DNA from: Paludibacteraceae bacterium
GTDB lineage: Bacteria > Bacteroidota > Bacteroidia > Bacteroidales > Paludibacteraceae
NCBI GenBank assembly: GCA_045641625.1
Contig: JAZUHH010000027.1
Location: forward strand, 1,582-65,581
Direction: 5' to 3'
DNA length: 64,000 bases
The position numbers were made by a program, and so were the translations under genes. Positions 53,929 through 63,300 of the stretch are shown here, one piece after another (the stretch's first letter is position 1; every line of letters begins with the position of its first letter). The notes under the pieces are model-generated. The model saw nothing but the letters and a program-made list of their open reading frames with translations. It ran no database searches and was not told the origin of the DNA.

Positions 53929-55065
53929 ATGAGCGATTCTATAACTGTCATACAACCTGCAGGTTCTTCTGAGCCTTCTCCGGTTTCTGTTGCTGCTCCC
54001 GCTTCTCAGCAGGAGGAACAGCTGTCAGCACCTATTGAGAAGCAGGAGGTCGAGTCAGAGACAGTCACTCCTGCTTCGGTTGTTGAGGAAAGTAATGCGC
54101 CAGTGCAAACTTCTGTTTCGAGCGAACAGCCGGTTGTCAAGAAAGTGGATTCTATACGTACTCAGCCAGTGACTGAGAATAAACCCGTACCTGTAGTTGT
54201 CAAGACGACTAAACCAGAAGTTGTTGAGGCTGTTCGTCCCGTTAGCCAGGCTAAGCCTATAGAGGTGCCAAGAATAGAGGTCATTGCGGCTGATACAGCA
54301 ACTAAGGATTCAGTTACGGCAGTTGACTCGCTTGCAAAGGACAGTGTAGCACCGGTAGTTGCCGTGCAGACATTCCAACAAAGAGATATTCCAAGTAAAG
54401 ACGGAAGTCCGAGAGTTCCTACGGTTTCGATGAGCTTGTGGTACACTCCTTTCCTTCTTGTTCTTTTCATAGTGTATATGTATGTTCTTGGCGCAAGAAT
54501 GAAGGCGTTCAAGACAGAGGTTCTGACATTCTTTAACCCGGCAGCCGGAGGAAGTATCTTCGGTTCCGAATGGCTTCAGAGTTCCCCATACAAGTTTGCC
54601 TTGACATGCGCCAGCCTGTGCAGTCTTGGCCTGTTCGGATTCTTTGCTACGCATGGCAGCAACTGCACGCTTCATCCTTTGCTGATAATCGTTGCGGTCA
54701 TAGCAACTGTCATCGTATGCCTGCTCAAGAAGTGGTTGATGGACCTGCTTCAGTTTGTCTATTACCCTGGCCGCACCACATTGTTTTCCAATTCCTTCAT
54801 GACGATAATTCGTCTAGCCGGATTGTGTATGGTTCCTGCGGTTTTGATGCTCAGCTATTCTCCGGACAGCTGTTTCAACGGAGCGCTATATTTCGGCTTC
54901 GGAGTATTATTTTTAGCCAAAATACTAATGATTGGCAAGTCTATCGTTAATTTTTTCGATGGCTTTATCTCTATTTTCTATTTATTTTTGTACCTTTGCA
55001 CGTTCGAAGTGCTACCCCTAGTGGGATTAAGTGCTTTTTTAGTGAATATTAAGTATATTTTTTAA
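53929..55065 (+). CDS. DUF4271-like membrane protein with Pro/Val/Ser-rich N-terminal region
   Basis: About 170 aa of low-complexity N-terminus, then about 6 TM helices. Its position directly upstream of hemD is typical for Bacteroidales (recollection). Confidence 0.55.
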   Translation: MSDSITVIQPAGSSEPSPVSVAAPASQQEEQLSAPIEKQEVESETVTPASVVEESNAPVQTSVSSEQPVVKKVDSIRTQPVTENKPVPVVVKTTKPEVVEAVRPVSQAKPIEVPRIEVIAADTATKDSVTAVDSLAKDSVAPVVAVQTFQQRDIPSKDGSPRVPTVSMSLWYTPFLLVLFIVYMYVLGARMKAFKTEVLTFFNPAAGGSIFGSEWLQSSPYKFALTCASLCSLGLFGFFATHGSNCTLHPLLIIVAVIATVIVCLLKKWLMDLLQFVYYPGRTTLFSNSFMTIIRLAGLCMVPAVLMLSYSPDSCFNGALYFGFGVLFLAKILMIGKSIVNFFDGFISIFYLFLYLCTFEVLPLVGLSAFLVNIKYIF

Positions 55066-55083
55066 CTGTCCAGGTTGAGAGAA

Positions 55084-55860
55084 ATGTCCCAGATTAAACG
55101 AATTTTGGTGTCGCAGCCAAAACCCGCTACAGAGAAGTCTCCTTACTTTGATATTGAGGCAAAGTACGATGTCAAGATCGACTTTAAGCAGCTCATAAAG
55201 ATAGAGGGTGTAACTACAAAAGAATTCAGAACACAGAAAATAAATATCCTCGACCATACCGCTATTATTTTTCCTAACAAGCTTGCTGTTGACCATTTCT
55301 TCCGCATTTGTGAGGAGATGAAGATCAAGATGCATGACGAGATGCGCTACATCTTCCCTAAGGAGGAGCACTCTCATTACATCTCGAAGTATGTTCAGTA
55401 CAGAAAGAGAAGAATCTATTTCCCTGCAGACGGTTCGGGAACAGATATGATCGACGTTATCAAGAAGCGTCCTAAAGAGAAGTATTTGGCAGTAGTGTCT
55501 GACGTTTACGAGGTAAACAAGAATATCTCGGTTGATCCAAAGGATGACTATTTGGCAGTTTTGTCTGCAAACAATATCCAGTGCGAGAAGGCAGTTATGT
55601 ACCGTACAGTAAGTGTGGATTATACTCAGGATCCGGACTTCAAGTATGACATGATGGCGTTCTTTACTCCTTCAGGAATTCACTCTTTGTTTGACAATTT
55701 CCCAGACTTCAAGCAGGGGGACATCAAGATAGCGTGCTTCGGACCTACCGTAGTCAAGGCTGCAGAGGAGGCCGGCTTGAGAGTTGACATCCAGTGTCCT
55801 ACTGACGAGTGCAAGTCTATGCCTGCTGCTATCGAGAACTATCTTAAGAACAATCAGTAA
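55084..55860 (+). CDS. hemD: Uroporphyrinogen-III synthase (HemD family)
   Basis: ILVSQPKPATEKSPYFDIEAKY.. is the typical Bacteroidetes HemD-like start; about 258 aa. Confidence 0.65.
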   Translation: MSQIKRILVSQPKPATEKSPYFDIEAKYDVKIDFKQLIKIEGVTTKEFRTQKINILDHTAIIFPNKLAVDHFFRICEEMKIKMHDEMRYIFPKEEHSHYISKYVQYRKRRIYFPADGSGTDMIDVIKKRPKEKYLAVVSDVYEVNKNISVDPKDDYLAVLSANNIQCEKAVMYRTVSVDYTQDPDFKYDMMAFFTPSGIHSLFDNFPDFKQGDIKIACFGPTVVKAAEEAGLRVDIQCPTDECKSMPAAIENYLKNNQ

Positions 55861-55930
55861 AAACAGGATTTCGAAATAAGGAAAGACGCACTCGTTTGTG
55901 CGTCTTTTTAATTATATACACTGCAACAAT

Positions 55931-56311
55931 ATGAGATTCACATTCCCCAAAGCTGAACATCTTTGTCTGAAGAATGACGTGGCGACTCTTTTCGAGTCCG
56001 GCACAGCTTTCGTGTCTTTCCCATATCGTGTGGTGGTTCGTAAGGTGGAGAAGGACCCTGTTCCTGCAAAGATTCTTATCATCTCTCAGAAGAAGAAGCT
56101 GAAGAGGGCTGTGTGGCGCGTTCATCTTCGCCGCCAGATCCGAGAAGCATATCGTCTTAACAAGGCTCCTCTGTTCGAGTTTCTGGCAGAGCAGAACTAT
56201 TCGGTTCATGTCGCGTTCATGTCTGTTGACTCGAAGCTGTCCGACCAGAAGTTCATGCACGAGAAGATGGCCTTGACAATAAAGAAGATCATAAACAAAC
56301 TTAAGGAGTGA
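55931..56311 (+). CDS. rnpA: Ribonuclease P protein component
   Basis: MRFTFPKAEHLCLKNDVATLFESG.., basic, about 126 aa, in the usual position after hemD. Confidence 0.7.
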   Translation: MRFTFPKAEHLCLKNDVATLFESGTAFVSFPYRVVVRKVEKDPVPAKILIISQKKKLKRAVWRVHLRRQIREAYRLNKAPLFEFLAEQNYSVHVAFMSVDSKLSDQKFMHEKMALTIKKIINKLKE

Positions 56312-56577
56312 TGAATCTTGAATTTGCATTCCTTCTGCTGTTCCTCTGGAATGTGGTTGTGTTTGCTGTCTATGCTATAGACAAGTATAAGGCGAAGCGC
56401 AACAAGTGGAGGATTCCGGAAAAGACACTTATCCTCCTCGCCTTCCTGGGTGGAGCATACGGAGCATTGGCAGGCATGTATATGATCAGGCACAAGACAA
56501 AGCACCTGAAGTTCCAGATATTTGTTCCGTTGGTGGCCGTGTTGAATTGCGCAGCCATTTTCTATCTGATGAAATAG
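56311..56577 (+). CDS. DUF1294 small membrane protein
   Basis: AIDKYKAKRNKWRIPEKTLILLAFLGGAYGALAGMYMIRHKTKH. The ATG overlaps the rnpA stop (TGATG). Confidence 0.7.
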   Translation: MNLEFAFLLLFLWNVVVFAVYAIDKYKAKRNKWRIPEKTLILLAFLGGAYGALAGMYMIRHKTKHLKFQIFVPLVAVLNCAAIFYLMK

Positions 56578-56648
56578 CATTTTGTTTTCTGTTGTTTTTT
56601 CTTTTCGGAAAACCTCGTTCCAAATTTGGAGAATAGAAATTCCTTTTT

Positions 56649-56656
56649 TATCTTTG
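56649..56656 (+). promoter_or_regulatory. Bacteroidetes -7 promoter box (TAnnTTTG) upstream of the carB leader
   Basis: tatctttg, 25 nt upstream of the leader ATG at 56681. Confidence 0.5.
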
Positions 56657-56680
56657 CATAATTTTAAGTTATAAGGAGGA

Positions 56681-56758
56681 ATGAAGATAAAACTAACACA
56701 TACAGTATTAGTGTTTGCGGAAACAGCTTCTGCAATGTCTCATTCTTTTTTATTTTAG
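56681..56758 (+). promoter_or_regulatory. Candidate 25-codon leader ORF (MKIKLTHTVLVFAETASAMSHSFLF*) preceded by AGGAGG
   Basis: ATG at 56681 with aaggagga 1 nt upstream. The stop at 56756-56758 abuts the terminator hairpin. Confidence 0.35.
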
Positions 56759-56759
56759 T

Positions 56760-56796
56760 TGCGTTGGACGTCCTTCAGTTCTAACGCATTTTTTTT
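56760..56796 (+). terminator. Intrinsic terminator/attenuator in the carB leader
   Basis: tgcgttgg / ctaacgca form an 8-bp stem with one G-U pair (56760-56767 / 56781-56788), followed by T8 (56789-56796). It lies 37 nt before the carB ATG. Confidence 0.5.
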
Positions 56797-56832
56797 GACA
56801 TTTTAGAAATAGAAACAAATTATTATACGAAT

Positions 56833-59800
56833 ATGATTGAAGGAATCAAAAAAGTCATTCTGCTTGGATCCGGAGCATTGAAGATCGGTCAGGCAGGAGA
56901 GTTTGACTATTCAGGTTCGCAGGCCCTTAAGGCTATGCGAGAGGAGGGTATCAGCACTGTGCTTATCAATCCTAATATCGCTACTATCCAGACTTCTGCC
57001 GGTGTTGCTGACAAGGTGTATTTCTTGCCAATCACTCCCTATTTCGTTGAGGAGGTAATCAAGAAGGAGAAGCCAGACGGCATTCTGCTTGCCTTTGGTG
57101 GACAGACTGCACTTAACTGCGGTACTGAGCTTTACAATAACGGCATTTTCGAGAAGTACGGTGTCAAGGTGCTTGGTACATCCGTAGATGCAATCATGAT
57201 TACAGAGGACCGTGACCTTTTTGTCAAGAAGCTTGATGAGATCAAGGCTCTTACTCCTAAGTCTGAGGCTGTGGAGTCTATGGAGGATGCGCTTCGTGTT
57301 GCCAACGAGATCGGTTTCCCTATCATGGTTCGCTCGGCTTACGCCCTTGGTGGACTTGGCTCTGGTGTCTGCCAGAACGAGAAGGAGTTCCGCGACCTAT
57401 GCGAAAGCGCTTTGGCTCACTCAAAGCAGATCCTTGTAGAGGAGTCGTTGAAGGGTTGGAAGGAGATCGAGTTCGAGGTTATCCGCGACAAGAACGACCA
57501 CTGCTTTACAGTAGTTCCAATGGAGAACTTCGATCCGCTTGGAATACATACAGGTGAGTCCATCGTTGTTGCTCCTATTATTTCTTTGACTCAGGAGCAG
57601 ATTACTTTCCTTCAGGAGATTGCAAAGAAGGTTGTACGCCACATCGGTATTGTCGGAGAGTGTAATATACAGTACGCATTCAACGCCCAGACTAACGACT
57701 ATCGTATCATCGAGATCAACGCTCGTTTGAGCCGTTCTTCTGCTTTGGCTTCAAAGGCTTCCGGTTATCCTTTGGCTTTCGTTGCCGCTAAGTTGGCTTT
57801 GGGTTACTCTCTTGACCAGATCGGTGAGATGGGTACTCCTAACTCGGCTTACGTTGCCCCTTCAGTGGATTATATGATCGTCAAGATACCACGTTGGGAC
57901 TTGACAAAGTTTGTAGGCGTTGACCGTGAGATCGGTACTTCAATGAAGTCGGTCGGCGAGATCATGTCTATCGGTAAGTCTTTCGAGGAGATTATCCAGA
58001 AGGGACTTCGTATGATAGGACAGGGTATGCACGGATTCGTCGGCAACAAGGACTTGGAGTTCGACGACCTTGACAAGGAACTTTCTCACCCTACAGACCT
58101 TCGTATCTTCGCCATAGCAGCTGCTCTTGAGAAGGGCTACACAGTGGAGAGAATCGAGGAGTTGACTAAGATTGACATCTGGTTCCTTAACAAGTTGAAG
58201 AATATCGTTGACTACACTAAGGTGATCTCTAAATACAAGACTATCGAGGAGATCCCTGCAGATGTGTTGCGCGAGGCTAAGCGTCTTGGATTCTCTGACT
58301 TCCAGATTGCACGCTACTGCGAGAATCCTTCGGGCAACATGGAGAAGGAGATTCTTCGTGTCCGTGCTTCTCGAAAGAAGAACAACATTCTTCCAGCGGT
58401 CAGAAGAATCAATACAGTCGCTTCCGAACATCCGGAATTGACTAACTATCTATACATGACTTACGGCGTAAACGAGCATTCGATAAGCTATGACTACAAG
58501 AACGAAAAATCAATCGTAGTCCTTGGATCGGGCGCATACCGTATCGGTTCATCCGTAGAGTTCGACTGGTGTTCTGTCAATGCTGTCCAGACTGCAAGAA
58601 AGTTGGGCTACAAGTCCATCATGATCAACTACAATCCTGAGACTGTGTCAACTGACTACGACATGTGCGACAGACTTTACTTTGACGAGTTGAGCTACGA
58701 GCGCGTGTTGGATGTCTTGGACCTAGAGACTCCTAAGGGTGTCATCGTATCAGTAGGAGGACAGATTCCAAATAACTTGGCAATGAAGCTTCACCGCCAG
58801 AATGTTCCTATCCTTGGTACTTCTCCGGTTTCTATCGACCGCGCAGAGAACCGTCACAAGTTCTCTGCAATGCTTGACCAGCTTGGCATCGACCAGCCAA
58901 GATGGAAGGAGCTTACAAGCTTCGAGGAGATCGACGCGTTCATCGACCAGGTAGGCTTCCCTGTATTGATTCGTCCATCATACGTGCTTTCAGGTGCTGC
59001 GATGAACGTATGCTACAACAAGGAGCAGATGCATACATTCCTTAAGGCTGCCGCACAGGTTTCTAAGGAGTATCCGGTAGTTGTTTCTTCGTTCATGCAG
59101 GAGACAAAGGAGATCGAGTTCGACGCTGTGGCTAAGTGCGGAGAGATTATCGAATACGCGATATCTGAGCATGTAGAGTACGCTGGTGTCCACTCTGGTG
59201 ACGCAACTATCGTATTCCCTGCACAGAAGATCTATATGGAGACTGCACGCAGAATCAAGAAGATCAGCAAGAAGATTGCTCAGGAGCTTAACATCAGCGG
59301 ACCTTTCAACATCCAGTTCCTTGCAAAGAACAACGAGGTTAAGGTTATCGAGTGTAACCTTCGTGCATCACGAAGCTTCCCATTCGTGTCTAAGGTATTG
59401 AAGAGAAACTTTATCGAGACTGCTACAAAGATTATGCTTGACGTTCCAGTCGAGACTCCGGACTCATCTACATTTGATATTGACTACGTAGGTGTTAAGG
59501 CTTCCCAGTTCTCGTTTGCCCGTCTTCACAAGGCTGACCCTGTTCTTGGAGTTGATATGTCTTCGACAGGAGAGGTTGGATGTATCGGAGCAGACTTTGA
59601 CGAGGCATTGTTGACTTCTATGATCTCTGTAGGTTATCCTATTCCAACAAAGGGTATCTTGGTGTCATCAGGAGATGTTCGTGGCAAGGTTGAACTTCTT
59701 GACGCATGCAAGATGTTGTCTGGAAAGGGTTACAAGATCTACGCTACAGAGGGCACTCAGAAGTTCTTGGGCGAGCATAGTGTCGAGGCTACTGCAGTTT

Positions 59801-60054
59801 GCTGGCCTGACGAGCAGTGTTGTGGCAAGGCAGACATCGCCAAGCTTATGGCTGACCACCAGATCGACTTGGTAATCAATGTGCCAAAGGATCAGACAAA
59901 GCGCGAGCTTACAAACGGATACAGAATCCGTCGTTCGGCAATAGATCACAACATTCCATTGATGACAAACGCACGTCTTGCAAGCGCATACATCCGTGCT
60001 TTGGTTAACAAGGGTGTGGAAGACATCAAGATCAAGACTTGGCAGGAATACTAA
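56833..60054 (+). CDS. carB: Carbamoyl-phosphate synthase large subunit
   Basis: 1073 aa with two ATP-grasp halves (GSGALKIGQAGEFDYSGSQA and GSGAYRIGSSVEFDWC) and an MGS-like C-terminal domain. Confidence 0.95.
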   Translation: MIEGIKKVILLGSGALKIGQAGEFDYSGSQALKAMREEGISTVLINPNIATIQTSAGVADKVYFLPITPYFVEEVIKKEKPDGILLAFGGQTALNCGTELYNNGIFEKYGVKVLGTSVDAIMITEDRDLFVKKLDEIKALTPKSEAVESMEDALRVANEIGFPIMVRSAYALGGLGSGVCQNEKEFRDLCESALAHSKQILVEESLKGWKEIEFEVIRDKNDHCFTVVPMENFDPLGIHTGESIVVAPIISLTQEQITFLQEIAKKVVRHIGIVGECNIQYAFNAQTNDYRIIEINARLSRSSALASKASGYPLAFVAAKLALGYSLDQIGEMGTPNSAYVAPSVDYMIVKIPRWDLTKFVGVDREIGTSMKSVGEIMSIGKSFEEIIQKGLRMIGQGMHGFVGNKDLEFDDLDKELSHPTDLRIFAIAAALEKGYTVERIEELTKIDIWFLNKLKNIVDYTKVISKYKTIEEIPADVLREAKRLGFSDFQIARYCENPSGNMEKEILRVRASRKKNNILPAVRRINTVASEHPELTNYLYMTYGVNEHSISYDYKNEKSIVVLGSGAYRIGSSVEFDWCSVNAVQTARKLGYKSIMINYNPETVSTDYDMCDRLYFDELSYERVLDVLDLETPKGVIVSVGGQIPNNLAMKLHRQNVPILGTSPVSIDRAENRHKFSAMLDQLGIDQPRWKELTSFEEIDAFIDQVGFPVLIRPSYVLSGAAMNVCYNKEQMHTFLKAAAQVSKEYPVVVSSFMQETKEIEFDAVAKCGEIIEYAISEHVEYAGVHSGDATIVFPAQKIYMETARRIKKISKKIAQELNISGPFNIQFLAKNNEVKVIECNLRASRSFPFVSKVLKRNFIETATKIMLDVPVETPDSSTFDIDYVGVKASQFSFARLHKADPVLGVDMSSTGEVGCIGADFDEALLTSMISVGYPIPTKGILVSSGDVRGKVELLDACKMLSGKGYKIYATEGTQKFLGEHSVEATAVCWPDEQCCGKADIAKLMADHQIDLVINVPKDQTKRELTNGYRIRRSAIDHNIPLMTNARLASAYIRALVNKGVEDIKIKTWQEY

Positions 60055-60133
60055 TCTTGAGAACAATAAAGACAAGGAAGTCCGTCTCGTCGAGGCGGAC
60101 TTTTTTGTTGCATTTTATGTTGAAAGGCATGGT
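59987..60133. repeat. Direct repeat copy A: functional carB 3' end (last 22 codons plus stop), terminator and about 25 bp beyond
   Basis: Aligns with 61265..61415 by eye. End coordinates are approximate. Confidence 0.85.
60078..60108 (+). terminator. Rho-independent terminator of carB
   Basis: aagtccgtct-cgtcg-aggcggactt followed by tttt. Confidence 0.75.
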
Positions 60134-60275
60134 TTGTTCTGTTAACTTTTTTATAAAACTATTTTGTAGATTTAGAAAATCTATCTATACTTGCAATAGG
60201 AACAACAAAGGAAGTTGGACTAAACGAGGATGCCGAAAACCATAGAGAGTAGGCAAGGATTTAATAATAGTGATT

Positions 60276-60683
60276 ATGGGTTATATTGTATTTATTTCTT
60301 GTTGCAGTAAAAAAGCAAAAGATCCATGTCAAGCACAATACTTATATAAAAGTCCACTTTTTAAGAAAAGTTTGGCTTATGCTCGTATGTTGACAAGTGA
60401 TGATAAAATATTTATTTTATCTGCAAAACATTATTTGATTCCTCTGAATAAAATAATATCATCTTATAATAAAACTCTTAATACTATGAGGATAGAAGAG
60501 AGAAAGGAATGGGCAGGAATAGTAAATGGTCAGATAGATGGAATTCTAAAAAAATATCAAACAGATGATATTATAGTACTGGCTGGGGGAAAATATAGGG
60601 AGTTTTTGGACTTTAAGGGCAGAACTGTCAATGTTCCATTAAAAGGAATGAGAATTGGTCAGATGTTGAAATGTTTGAAATAA
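60276..60683 (+). CDS. DUF6884-like hypothetical protein (135 aa)
   Basis: IVFISCCSKKA..YLYKSPLFKKSLAYA..IFILSAKHYLIPLN..SYNKTL matches my recollection of the DUF6884 pattern (ISCxxxK, LYxSxLF, ILSAKxGL, YD/N). Visibly AT-rich. Confidence 0.55.
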   Translation: MGYIVFISCCSKKAKDPCQAQYLYKSPLFKKSLAYARMLTSDDKIFILSAKHYLIPLNKIISSYNKTLNTMRIEERKEWAGIVNGQIDGILKKYQTDDIIVLAGGKYREFLDFKGRTVNVPLKGMRIGQMLKCLK

Positions 60684-60692
60684 ATATAGAAT

Positions 60693-61250
60693 ATGATAAA
60701 ATCAGTTAAAGACATTAGGGAGAGTGGATTCATTGGAATTGAAAAGAAACACGGTATATATAAATGGTGGTTTCGTGAAGAGTCGGTTACAACACTATTG
60801 AGTTCATTAGGATCTTATGTAGATTTTTCTAAGTTGAAATCTATAAAAGACCAACATATGATTATAAATAATCAACATTATACTTTATTGTATGTAGGTA
60901 TCGCTGCTGGTGGAAACGGAATAAGGGGCCGTTTTAAGTGGCACATTGCACAAAAACATTCTCCATCGACTATATCCAAAGGATATCTTTCTACTTTGCG
61001 TAGAACATTGATGGGATTGTTAATGGATAGAAGTACTGATACTTTCTATACATTTGGAGAAAAAAGGCTAAACGATTTTATGGATGATAATTGTTATTTG
61101 GAGTGGGAATATAAAGATATGGATAAACATTCTCTTGAATGTGAGGAATCCAAGATAATTAATGCTGGTTATTATCCTCTAAATATTCAGGGTAACAATC
61201 AGACTTCGGACCAATTGAAGGAAGAGTTAAAAAAATCAAGAAAAATATAG
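60693..61250 (+). CDS. GIY-YIG-type nuclease-domain protein (185 aa)
   Basis: GIYKWWF (GIY), LLYVGIA (YVG), IRGRFKWH (Arg), YLEWEY (Glu), YPLNIQGN (Asn). It starts 9 nt after the preceding gene. Confidence 0.6.
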   Translation: MIKSVKDIRESGFIGIEKKHGIYKWWFREESVTTLLSSLGSYVDFSKLKSIKDQHMIINNQHYTLLYVGIAAGGNGIRGRFKWHIAQKHSPSTISKGYLSTLRRTLMGLLMDRSTDTFYTFGEKRLNDFMDDNCYLEWEYKDMDKHSLECEESKIINAGYYPLNIQGNNQTSDQLKEELKKSRKI

Positions 61251-61264
61251 AATGCTTATGTAAC

Positions 61265-61415
61265 CATACATTCGTGCTTTGGTTAATAAGGGTGTGGAGG
61301 ACATCAAGACTTGGCAGGAGTACTAATCTTGAGAATCAATAAAAGACAAGGAAGTCCGTCTCGTTGAGGCGGACTTTTTTGTCTTTTTGGTGTGGTATTT
61401 TATGCTGAAAATATC
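61265..61415. repeat. Direct repeat copy B: orphan, diverged copy of the carB 3' end plus terminator
   Basis: Reads ..IRALVNKGVEDIKTWQEY* in frame. Relative to copy A the coding part has 4 substitutions, all synonymous third-position, and a 6-bp in-frame deletion. The terminator hairpin is retained with one C-to-T change. Confidence 0.85.
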
Positions 61416-61533
61416 ACCCTGTGCATTTCAGCTTTGCCTTTTTGAAAACAAGGATTGTAGTAGTGTAAAGTCAACAACATTGAAATTGTTCCATTTTTAA
61501 CATTTTGACCGTCATTTTCTTTGCGGTATGCGT

Positions 61534-61541
61534 TATTTTTG
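61534..61541 (+). promoter_or_regulatory. Bacteroidetes -7 promoter box (TAnnTTTG)
   Basis: tatttttg, 78 nt upstream of the ATG at 61619. Confidence 0.35.
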
Positions 61542-61618
61542 CCGACCTGGCCTTTAATGTTTGTAACATCAAACAAAAACAAGGCATTTTTAATATTAAA
61601 TTTAAGGAGGGTTAAGCT

Positions 61619-63208
61619 ATGGGAATTTCTAAATCAAAATTTTTAGCATTTTGCCAGTGTCCAAAGAGATTATGGCTAGAAGTAAACAAACCGGGAGAGG
61701 CAATTGTTGATTCGTTGGCTATGGCTCGTTTTAATACGGGCAATGTTGTCGGAGATTTGGCTATGGGCTATTTCGGAGACTATATTGATGTTACAACGAC
61801 TAAAATTGATTCTAGTGGCAATGAAGTTTTGGATTTGAATAAGATGTTATCTGCCACATCACATCTAATAAAGACAGGTAGCGGAGTAGATAACATCTGT
61901 GAAGCTTCGTTCTCGTATGATGGAACTTATTGTGCTGTTGATATTCTGCATCGCAGAAGCAAAGGCGGTGACAAGTTCGATATTTTCGAGGTAAAGAGCT
62001 CTACATGGAAAGATGGCGACAAGTCAAATAAAGGAGGGAAAAAGAATGTCTATATAGACGACTTGGCTTGTCAGGCGTATGTGCTTATGAAATGCGGTGT
62101 GAAAGTGGAAAAGTACTACACACTTGTATTGAATTCCGAGTATGTCTATGACGGCAAGACAGATAGTAATGGAAATCCAAAGTACAACTTGAAAAAACTG
62201 TTTCATAAGACAGACTTGACCAAAGAGGTTAAGGAGAGAATGAAGACTGTTGAACGAGAAATAGAGTTGGCAAATTATGTGCTTAATTCAAAGAATGAAA
62301 TGGATTCGCATCTAGGGACTCGCTGCAAACATCCGTATGACTGTGCTTTCGCAGAGTATTGCAAGAAATACAAGGGTGTTCCGAATTCCTCGGTGTTCTC
62401 TATCGGTGGAGTGAGGTCTTTTGACTTGTATGAAAAAGGTGTCGTTACATACGAAGAGTACTTGAAGCACATTACTGATTTGGGTAATGACAAATGTCTT
62501 TCCCAGATACGTCAGCTTGATGCCGAGATGTCAGGGAAAAAAGATGTTTTCCATGACGACAGCAAAATAAAAGAGTTCCTGGATTCATTGACTTTTCCTC
62601 TCTATTTCTTGGATTTTGAGACTATTCAGCCTGCGTTGCCAATTTACAAGAATTCCAGTCCTAACAATCAGATTCCTTTCCAGTATTCCCTTCACTATAT
62701 TGATGAGTTGGGAGGTAAGCTTTACCATAAGGAGTTCCTGGCTGTTTCTGACGGCTCAGATCCACGTCGTGCCTTGGCAGAGCAACTTGTGAAAGATATT
62801 CCCGCAAATGCTCGTGTTGTCGCATACAACAAGGAGTTTGAATGTGGAAGGATTGCCGAGCTGGCAGTTTTGTATCCTGATTTGCATGATCATTTGACTA
62901 GCATACATGGAAATATCCAAGATTTGATGCTCCCTTTTAAGGATGGTGATTGCTATCATATTGATATGCGTGGGTCTTATTCTATCAAAGCCGTGCTTCC
63001 TGCATTGTTCCCGAATGACCCAGAACTAGACTATTCAAAATTGCCGAGTGTTCATAATGGAGGAGAGGCTATGACATTGTTTCCAAAAACCAAGGATATG
63101 TCTAGTGCAGAGCAGAAAGAGGCGCGTGATTCATTGCTTGCCTATTGCAAACTTGACACATTGGCAATGGTTCGTGTTTGGGAGAAACTGACAGAATTAT
63201 CAAAATGA
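61619..63208 (+). CDS. DUF2779-like protein: N-terminal PD-(D/E)XK (Cas4-like) domain plus C-terminal DEDD-like exonuclease fold
   Basis: SKFLAFCQCPKRLWLE is the characteristic DUF2779 start. Also AVDILHR..FDIFEVKSS (D..ExK) and LYFLDFETIQPALP / AYNKEFECGRI. Confidence 0.65.
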   Translation: MGISKSKFLAFCQCPKRLWLEVNKPGEAIVDSLAMARFNTGNVVGDLAMGYFGDYIDVTTTKIDSSGNEVLDLNKMLSATSHLIKTGSGVDNICEASFSYDGTYCAVDILHRRSKGGDKFDIFEVKSSTWKDGDKSNKGGKKNVYIDDLACQAYVLMKCGVKVEKYYTLVLNSEYVYDGKTDSNGNPKYNLKKLFHKTDLTKEVKERMKTVEREIELANYVLNSKNEMDSHLGTRCKHPYDCAFAEYCKKYKGVPNSSVFSIGGVRSFDLYEKGVVTYEEYLKHITDLGNDKCLSQIRQLDAEMSGKKDVFHDDSKIKEFLDSLTFPLYFLDFETIQPALPIYKNSSPNNQIPFQYSLHYIDELGGKLYHKEFLAVSDGSDPRRALAEQLVKDIPANARVVAYNKEFECGRIAELAVLYPDLHDHLTSIHGNIQDLMLPFKDGDCYHIDMRGSYSIKAVLPALFPNDPELDYSKLPSVHNGGEAMTLFPKTKDMSSAEQKEARDSLLAYCKLDTLAMVRVWEKLTELSK

Positions 63209-63300
63209 CTTATGTATAAACACATTTAGATTTGTTTCAACTCACTCCTCTGCTTTTTGTAGAGAGTGAGATAAGTCTAAAATCTTAAAAAATAAGAATT

